From an uncultured Actinomycetes bacterium (GTDB lineage Bacteria; Actinomycetota; Thermoleophilia; Gaiellales; JAICJC01): a stretch of 64,000 nucleotides of DNA. Position 1 is the first letter of the stretch. Every line of letters starts with the position of its first letter. Where the stretch lies: contig OY969804.1 in the NCBI GenBank assembly GCA_963703275.1, positions 3,601,259 through 3,665,258 of the forward strand, in the 5' to 3' direction. This document shows, piece by piece, positions 56,675-64,000 of this stretch. The notes under the pieces are model-generated. The model saw nothing but the letters and a program-made list of their open reading frames with translations, was not told the origin of the DNA and searched no databases. Position numbers and translations under genes: made by a program.

Positions 56675-59600
56675 ATGCGCTGCCAGGCGTGCGGTACGGA
56701 GAACGAGGAGGGGCGCAAGTTTTGCGGTGAGTGCGGGGCGCCGCTGACGGTCCGCTGCGCGGCCTGTGCGACCGAGAACGCACCCGGGGCGAAGTTCTGC
56801 GGCGAGTGCGGGACGCCCCTCGCGGCCCCCGCCGCGCCGGTCGCGGTCGCGGCCGAACCGGTCGCCGAGCGGCGGCTGGTCTCGGTGCTATTCGCCGACC
56901 TGGTCGGGTTCACCAGCATGTCCGAGTCGCGCGACGCCGAGGACGTGCGCGAGCTCCTGTCCCGCTACTTCGACGCCTGCCGGACGCTGATCGCCCGCTA
57001 CGGCGGCACGGTCGAGAAGTTCATCGGCGACGCCGTGATGGCGGTGTGGGGGGCGCCGGTCGCGATGGAGGACGACGCCGAGCGGGCCGTGCGCGCCGCC
57101 ATCGACCTGGCCGCCGCGGTGGCGGCGCTCGGCCAGGAGGTGGGGTCGCCGGACCTGCGGGCGCGGGTGGGCGTGATCACGGGTGAGGCGGCCGTCACGA
57201 TCGGCGCGACCAGCGAGGGGATGGTCGCGGGCGACCTCGTCAATACGGCGTCGCGGATCCAGTCGGTGGCCGAGCCGGGTGCGGTGCTGGTCGGCGACTC
57301 GACCAAGCACGCCACCGAGGAGGCGGTCGTGTACGAGGACGCCGGCGCCCGCGCGCTCAAGGGCAAGGCCGAGCCGGTGCAGCTGTGGCGGGCCGTGCGC
57401 GTGATCAGCGGGATCGGCGGGGCGCAGCGGTCGGCCGGCCTCGAGGCGCCCTTCGTCGGCCGCGACCGCGAGCTGCGGATGATCAAGGAGCTCTTCCATG
57501 CATCGGCCGGCGAGTCCAAGGCGCAGCTCGCGTCGGTGATGGGCGTGGCCGGGACGGGCAAGTCGCGCCTGACCTGGGAGTTCTTCAAGTACATCGACGG
57601 CCTTGCCGACAGCGTCCGCTGGCACCGCGGCCGCTGCCTGCCGTACGGCGAGGGCGTGAGCTACTGGGCGCTGGCGGAGATGGTGCGCACGCGCGCATCG
57701 ATCGCCGAGGGCGAGGACCCCGAGTCGCAGCGCGAGAAGCTGCACATCGCGGTCGAGCAGTCGATCCCCGACCCCGACGAGCGCCGGTTCGTCGAGCCGC
57801 GGCTCGCGCACCTGCTCGGCCTCGAGGAACACGCGCCTTGGGAGCGCGAGAACCTGTTCAGCGCCTGGCGGCTCTTCTACGAGCGCCTCGCCGAGGAGAT
57901 GCCGACGGTGATGGTGTTCGAGGACATGGAGTGGGCCGACGCGGCGCTGCTCGACTTCATCGAGCACCTGGTCGACTGGTCGCGGAACCACCCGCTGTTC
58001 GTGCTGGTGCTCGCCCGGCCGGAGCTGGCCGAGCGGCGGCCGACCTGGGGCGCGGCCCGGCGCAACTTCAGCTCGCTCTATCTCGAGCCGCTGTCGACGG
58101 CCGAGATGGAGACGCTGCTCGCCGGCCTCGTGCCGGGCCTGCCCGACGAGCTGCGCGTCCGGATTCGCGAGCGGGCCGAGGGCGTGCCGCTATACGCGGT
58201 CGAGACGGTGCGGATGCTGCTCGACCGCGACCTGCTGGTGCGGCGCGGGAGCTCGTACGTGCCCGCCGGCCCGATCGACATCCTGGATGTCCCCGAGACG
58301 CTGCACGCCCTGATCGCGGCCCGGCTCGACGGCCTCGCGGCCGACGAGCGGCGGCTGCTGCAGAGCGCGTCCGTGCTCGGGAAGACGTTCACGATCGAGG
58401 CGCTCGCGACGCTCACCGGCCGGTCGGTGGCCGAGCTCGAGCCGGTGCTGAACGGCCTTGCGCGCAAGGAGGTGCTGTCGCTGCAGGCCGACCCGCTCTC
58501 GCCGGAGCGCGGCCAGTACGGGTTCCTGCAGGAGCTGGTGCGGCGGGTGGCCTACGAGATGCTGTCCAAGCACGACCGCCGCACCCGGCACCTGGAGGCG
58601 GCGGCGATGGACGAGGGCGAGGACGAGCTGGCCGAGATCGTCGCGGGCCACTACCTGGCGGCGCACCGGGCCGACCCGGATGCGGCTGACGCCGACGAGA
58701 TCGCGCGCCGGGCCGTGGCCGCGCTGACACGGGCCGGCGAGCGGGCGTCCGCGCTCGCGGCGAGCCGCGAGGCGCAGCGGTACTTCGAGCAGGCGGCCGC
58801 CCTCGTGGGCGATCCGCTCGAACAGGCCGCCCTGCTCGAGCGCGCGGGAACGATGGCGCGGGTGGCCGGCGTGTCGAACGACGCGCGCGTGCATTTCGAG
58901 GCGGCGGTGGAGCTGTTCGAAGCGCACGGGGCGACCCATCCCGCCGCCCGCGTCTCGGCCCGGCTGGGCGAGGTGATGTGGGATACGGGGCGCCTGCTCG
59001 AGGCGCTCGAGCGGATGGACACGGCCCTGGCCCTGCTCGCCGGCGAGGAGGCGGACGCCGACGTGGCGGCGCTGGCGGCGGAGGTGGCCCGGTTCCGGTT
59101 CTTCGCGGGCGAGCCGGCCGTCGCCCTCGAGCGCGCCGAGATCGCGCTCGAGCTGGCCGAGCTGCTCGGGCTCCCCGAGGTGCTGTCCCAGGCGGTCAAC
59201 ACGAAGGGCATGATCCTGAGCGTGCGCGGCCGCACGGGCGAGGCGTCAGCCCTCGTGCGCTACGCGCTCGAGGTCGCGCTCGAGCACGACATCCCCTCGG
59301 CGGCGTTCCGCGCGTACAACAACGTCGCCGATATGGAGGCACGTTCGGATCGGTTCGAGGCGGCGGCCACGGGCTATCGCGACGGCCTCGCGCTCGCCCG
59401 GCGGGTGGGTCATCGCCAGCAGGAGTGGCAGTACCTCGGCCAGACGTATCCGCACCTCATGCTCGGCCGGTGGGACGAGGCTCTGGCGCAGGCGGCCGAG
59501 ATCCCCGACGACGTGTTCGCCCAAACACGTTTCCCGTTCGTCAGCTATCTCGGCAACAGCGTCGCCATCCTCGCTCACCGGGGAGAGTGGGAGGCCGCCG

Positions 59601-60184
59601 AGCAGCTCTGCCGACGGTTCGACGGACTGCGGGAGTCGGCCGATGTCAGCGAGGTGGCGGCGTATGCGTGGGCGCGCTCGACCCTGCTCCTGGCACACGG
59701 CCGCGCGGCGGAGGCACTGACGGCCGCCGAGGAGGCGTGGCAGCTGCGCGGTGCGGCCGGCATCGCCTCGGAGACGATGAAGGAGGTCTTCCCGGTGGCC
59801 GTGGCCGCGGCGCTCGAGATCGGGGACATGGACGCCGTCGAGCGGTTGCTCGAGACGGTCGAAGACCCGCGCCCGGGACGCGTGCCTCAGCTGATCCGGG
59901 CGCAGGCGCTGCGGTTCCGGGCCCGGGTCGCCGCGATCGAGGGGGACGGCGAACAGGCCGAGCGGCTCTTCCGCGGCGCTGCCGGCCTCTTCCGCGAGCT
60001 GGCGACGCCGTTCCCGATGGCGGTCACGCTGCTCGAACAGGCGGAGTGGCTCGTCTCGCAGGGGCGCGCCGGCGAGGCCGAGGCGCCGCTCTCAGAGGCG
60101 CGTGCCGTCTTCGCCGGGCTGCGGGCGGTGCCCTGGCTGGAGCGGCTCGAGCGGGTGCGAACGGGCGACGCCGTCGCCCGCTGA
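56675..60184 (+). CDS. Double zinc ribbon + class III adenylate cyclase + AAA (STAND) + TPR protein
   Basis: CxxC/FCGECG x2, LFADLVG, VEKFIGDAV, VNTASR, GVAGTGKS, VFED; -10 TACGCT 6 nt before ATG. Confidence 0.92.
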   Translation: MRCQACGTENEEGRKFCGECGAPLTVRCAACATENAPGAKFCGECGTPLAAPAAPVAVAAEPVAERRLVSVLFADLVGFTSMSESRDAEDVRELLSRYFDACRTLIARYGGTVEKFIGDAVMAVWGAPVAMEDDAERAVRAAIDLAAAVAALGQEVGSPDLRARVGVITGEAAVTIGATSEGMVAGDLVNTASRIQSVAEPGAVLVGDSTKHATEEAVVYEDAGARALKGKAEPVQLWRAVRVISGIGGAQRSAGLEAPFVGRDRELRMIKELFHASAGESKAQLASVMGVAGTGKSRLTWEFFKYIDGLADSVRWHRGRCLPYGEGVSYWALAEMVRTRASIAEGEDPESQREKLHIAVEQSIPDPDERRFVEPRLAHLLGLEEHAPWERENLFSAWRLFYERLAEEMPTVMVFEDMEWADAALLDFIEHLVDWSRNHPLFVLVLARPELAERRPTWGAARRNFSSLYLEPLSTAEMETLLAGLVPGLPDELRVRIRERAEGVPLYAVETVRMLLDRDLLVRRGSSYVPAGPIDILDVPETLHALIAARLDGLAADERRLLQSASVLGKTFTIEALATLTGRSVAELEPVLNGLARKEVLSLQADPLSPERGQYGFLQELVRRVAYEMLSKHDRRTRHLEAAAMDEGEDELAEIVAGHYLAAHRADPDAADADEIARRAVAALTRAGERASALAASREAQRYFEQAAALVGDPLEQAALLERAGTMARVAGVSNDARVHFEAAVELFEAHGATHPAARVSARLGEVMWDTGRLLEALERMDTALALLAGEEADADVAALAAEVARFRFFAGEPAVALERAEIALELAELLGLPEVLSQAVNTKGMILSVRGRTGEASALVRYALEVALEHDIPSAAFRAYNNVADMEARSDRFEAAATGYRDGLALARRVGHRQQEWQYLGQTYPHLMLGRWDEALAQAAEIPDDVFAQTRFPFVSYLGNSVAILAHRGEWEAAEQLCRRFDGLRESADVSEVAAYAWARSTLLLAHGRAAEALTAAEEAWQLRGAAGIASETMKEVFPVAVAAALEIGDMDAVERLLETVEDPRPGRVPQLIRAQALRFRARVAAIEGDGEQAERLFRGAAGLFRELATPFPMAVTLLEQAEWLVSQGRAGEAEAPLSEARAVFAGLRAVPWLERLERVRTGDAVAR

Positions 60185-60193
60185 CCCTGCCGC

Positions 60194-60297
60194 CGCGGTC
60201 GGGACGGGGCGGCGCCCGGGCGGGCCGGCCAACCGGCCGTGAGGCGGTGGCGCTTCCGCACCGGGCGAGCCGCTTCCGTCCCTGTCTGCGACCGCGT
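60194..60297 (-). ncRNA. Candidate ~100-nt rod-like hairpin sRNA
   Basis: Stacked stems (CGCGGTCG/CGACCGCG etc.) beginning ~6 nt after -10 TAGGCT (60308-60303); upstream GTTAC-N6-GTTAC repeat. Confidence 0.45.
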
Positions 60298-60340
60298 GGA
60301 GCAGCCTACGCCTCGGGCGTTAAGGTGATGGGGCAGAAAC

Positions 60341-60356
60341 GTAACGGTGTCGTAAC
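60341..60356 (-). promoter_or_regulatory. Direct repeat GTTAC-N6-GTTAC (OmpR-type, GlnR/MtrA-like box)
   Basis: CGTAACGG occurs twice with 11-bp period, upstream of a -10 box that lacks a good -35. Confidence 0.5.
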
Positions 60357-60366
60357 GGCTGCGCCG

Positions 60367-61662
<1,296 letters not shown>

Positions 61663-61682
61663 CGTCGATAGCCTCGCGCGTT

Positions 61683-63029
61683 CTAGGCCCCGGGACGGGC
61701 CAGGTTGTCGAATCGGGTGTAGCGGCCCACGTAGGACAGCTTGACGGTGTCGAGGGGGCCATTGCGGTGCTTGGCCATGATCAGCTCGGCCGTGCCCTTG
61801 TCCTCGCTCTGGTCGTTGTAGTAATCGTCACGGTAGACGAACATGACGAGGTCGGCGTCCTGCTCGATCGAGCCCGACTCGCGCAGGTCGCTCAGCACCG
61901 GCCGCTTGTCGCTGCGGGCCTCGACGGCGCGCGAGAGCTGCGAGATGGCGAGCACGGGCACGTCGAGATCGCGCGCGATCAGCTTCAGCGAGCGGGAGAT
62001 CTGGGAAATCTCCTGGACGCGGTTCTCGACCCGGGCCGTGCCCCCCATCAGCTGCAGGTAGTCGACGATCACGAGGCCGAGCTCGCCCTTCAGCCGCGAC
62101 TTCAGCCGCCGGCTCTTGGCCTTGATCTCGATCGGGGTGACGCCGGCCGTGTCGTCGACGTAGATGGGCGCGTCGTAGAGCTTCGTCGAGGCGTTGGTGA
62201 GCTTCTCCCAGTCGACCTGGTCGAGCGCTCCGCGGCGGAGGCGCTTGGAGTCGACCTTGCCCTCGGCGCACATGAGCCGGGTGGTCACCTCCTCGCGCGA
62301 CATCTCGAGCGAGAAGATCGCGACGGGTGTGCGCTCGCGGATGCCGACGTGGGCGGCGATGTTCAGGGCGAGCGACGTCTTGCCCATGCCCGGCCGGGCG
62401 GCCAGCACGACCAGGTTGGATTTCTGGAAGCCGGCCGTGAGCTCGTCGAGCTGGCGGAAGCCGCTGCCCGTGCCGGTCAGGTCGCCGCCCTCGGCGCTCA
62501 GCTGGGTGAGGCGGTCGAACGACTCCTTGAGGAGCGTCTCCATGTGCTCGAAGTCGCCGGTGATGCGCTGGTCGGCGATTCCGAACACGATCTGCTCGGC
62601 CCGGTCGACGAGCTCGGGCGGCTCACCGATGCGCTCGTAGCCGAGCGTGGCGATCTCGGTGCCGGCGCGGATGAGGCCGCGGTAGGTGGCGGTGTCGCGG
62701 ACGATCTGGGCGTAGTGGCGCGCATTGGCCACCGCCGGCACGGTCGCCGCCAGCGTGTGCACAACCGCCTTGCCTCCGACCTCGTCGAGCAGGCCCCGGT
62801 TGGAGAGGGCGTTCGTGAGGGTGATCGAGTCGACGTTCTCGCCCCGGCCGTACATGTCCAGGATCGTCTGGTAGATGGTCGCGTGGGAGCGGCGGTAGAA
62901 GTCGTCCGGCTGGAGGAGCTCGGAGACGATCGCGACCGCGTTCCCGGACACGAGCATCGCGCCCAGCACCGACTCCTCGGCGTCGAGGTCCTGGGGTGGA
63001 ACCGTTGGTTCTTGCGAGGTGACGGCCAT
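61683..63029 (-). CDS. dnaB: Replicative DNA helicase (no intein)
   Basis: PPQDLDAEESVLG, AARPGMGKT, FSLEM, VDYLQL, SDLRESGSIEQDAD, KHRNG. Confidence 0.98.
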   Translation of the reverse strand: MAVTSQEPTVPPQDLDAEESVLGAMLVSGNAVAIVSELLQPDDFYRRSHATIYQTILDMYGRGENVDSITLTNALSNRGLLDEVGGKAVVHTLAATVPAVANARHYAQIVRDTATYRGLIRAGTEIATLGYERIGEPPELVDRAEQIVFGIADQRITGDFEHMETLLKESFDRLTQLSAEGGDLTGTGSGFRQLDELTAGFQKSNLVVLAARPGMGKTSLALNIAAHVGIRERTPVAIFSLEMSREEVTTRLMCAEGKVDSKRLRRGALDQVDWEKLTNASTKLYDAPIYVDDTAGVTPIEIKAKSRRLKSRLKGELGLVIVDYLQLMGGTARVENRVQEISQISRSLKLIARDLDVPVLAISQLSRAVEARSDKRPVLSDLRESGSIEQDADLVMFVYRDDYYNDQSEDKGTAELIMAKHRNGPLDTVKLSYVGRYTRFDNLARPGA

Positions 63030-63043
63030 GCGCCCGGCCGCGG

Positions 63044-63571
63044 CTAGTAGTCGGTCTCGAGGTCGGAGGGCTCGGCTTCGAATGCCTCCACGCCGCCCTC
63101 CTCCTCGGCGCCGCCCGGCACGACCATCACCTTCAGCACCGCGCGGACGTCCCCCCACACGCTCATCTTCACGAGGTGGCTGCCGAGCGTCTTGATCGGC
63201 TCGTCGAGCTCGACCTTGCGCCGGTCGATGCGGATCTTGCGCGCCTTCCAGATGGCGTCCGAGATATCGGTCGAGGTGACCGATCCGTAGAGCCGGTCCT
63301 CGATCCCCGCCCGTCGCTTGATGGTCAAGACGGTGCGGTTGAGGATGTGCGCCATGTCGCGGGCCTGCTCCTCGCCCTGCGCCTCGTGACGGGCGCGGTT
63401 GTCGGCCTGGCGCTGCACCTCGGCCACGCGCGCGTCGGTGGCCGGCTCGGCCATCTGCCGCGGCGCGAGGTAGTTGCGCAGGTGGCCGGCGGCGACGTGG
63501 ACGACGTCGCCCTTGCGGCCGAGCTTCTCCACATCCTGGAGCAGGATCGCTTGTTGTGCCTTTCGTGCCAT
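63044..63571 (-). CDS. rplI: 50S ribosomal protein L9
   Basis: ILLQDVEKLGRKGDVV.V..G..RNYL, LYGSVT, PIKTLG. Confidence 0.95.
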   Translation of the reverse strand: MARKAQQAILLQDVEKLGRKGDVVHVAAGHLRNYLAPRQMAEPATDARVAEVQRQADNRARHEAQGEEQARDMAHILNRTVLTIKRRAGIEDRLYGSVTSTDISDAIWKARKIRIDRRKVELDEPIKTLGSHLVKMSVWGDVRAVLKVMVVPGGAEEEGGVEAFEAEPSDLETDY

Positions 63572-63681
63572 GTCTTCCCCTAGCCTCGGACGGCCTCGGC
63601 CGCCGTCGGATGGTCGCATTCCTTCTGTCCCGTTTCCAGCCCGCCGGCGCTCAAACGACCGCTACGAGCGTGGAAACCGGT

Positions 63682-63951
63682 TCAGTTGACCGCGTACGGC
63701 AAGAGCGCCATCTCGCGCGCCCGCTTGATCGCCACGGCCACCTGGCGCTGGTGGCGCCGGCAGGCTCCGGAGATCCGCCGCGACCGGATCTTGCCCTTCT
63801 CGGACATGTACCGCCGCAGCTGGTTGTAGTTCTTGTAGTCGATCTCCTCGACCTTTTCCTTGCAGAAGTAGCAGGGCTTGCGCCGAGTGGACGCGCCTGC
63901 CGCCTGCCCGCGCTTGGGTGCGCGGGTCTTTGACTTGGGCTTGGATGCCAT
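63682..63951 (-). CDS. rpsR: 30S ribosomal protein S18 (Zn-binding form)
   Basis: [30 protein letters not shown]. Confidence 0.97.
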   Translation of the reverse strand: MASKPKSKTRAPKRGQAAGASTRRKPCYFCKEKVEEIDYKNYNQLRRYMSEKGKIRSRRISGACRRHQRQVAVAIKRAREMALLPYAVN

Positions 63952-63965
63952 TGAGCTCTACCTCG

Positions 63966-64000
63966 CTAGAAGGGGATGTCGTCGTCGGATGCCGCGGCGC
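63966..64000 (-). CDS. ssb: Single-stranded DNA-binding protein, 3' end only
   Basis: AAASDDDIPF* acidic tail directly upstream of rpsR. Confidence 0.9.
   Translation of the reverse strand, partial: AAASDDDIPF

Noticed and set aside
52617-56783. 1388-aa minus-strand ORF and the many other long antisense or alternate-frame ORFs (e.g. 12661-15069, 20302-22932, 58978-61671)
   Set aside because: Shadow ORFs of high-GC coding sequence: no motifs, and they fully overlap well-supported genes
55541-60184. 1547-aa version of the cyclase
   Set aside because: The N-terminal ~380 aa overlap the GcvT-family gene in another frame; the real start is ATG 56675
61683-63029. Intein in DnaB
   Set aside because: Length (448 aa) and contiguous motifs show no insertion
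63572-63681. Small ORF or RNA between rpsR and rplI
   Set aside because: Only a short GC hairpin; no convincing SD-ORF or recognisable RNA motif

Overview
High-GC (actinobacterial-type, most consistent with Thermoleophilia/Gaiellales by gene content and the ssb-rpsR-rplI-dnaB-purA block) chromosomal window. It has about 60 CDS and no recognisable rRNA, tRNA, CRISPR array or transposase. Left to right: partial ftsH; a monomeric PheS-like ligase with a leaderless attenuator-like uORF; an HxlR regulator with a tandem HtrA-like pair; TetR/DHA2 efflux; a CoxSLM-like molybdo-flavoenzyme; mscL; a large amine/aromatic catabolic region (APC permease, GntR, two FAH proteins, HpaB/HpaC, aldehyde dehydrogenase, P450, GS-like ligase, C26 hydrolase, IclR); an N-methylglutamate-type cluster (GS-like plus MgsABC-like); a choline-kinase-like gene with a GcvT-family oxidoreductase; a STAND adenylate cyclase; and housekeeping genes. 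The best novelty candidate is an XRE-HTH/TPR/histidine-kinase fusion transcribed back-to-back with a self-contained 8-codon gene (MYAGRLWP) that has its own promoter, SD and terminator, resembling RRNPP-type peptide signalling. Other candidates are a ribosome-mediated attenuator on the PheS-like gene, a promoter-driven ~100-nt hairpin sRNA downstream of purA, an unannotated 58-aa ORF and REP-like palindrome families. Four apparent single-base frameshifts (three in homopolymer runs) suggest long-read indel errors. All calls come from reading the sequence by eye; no database searches were run.
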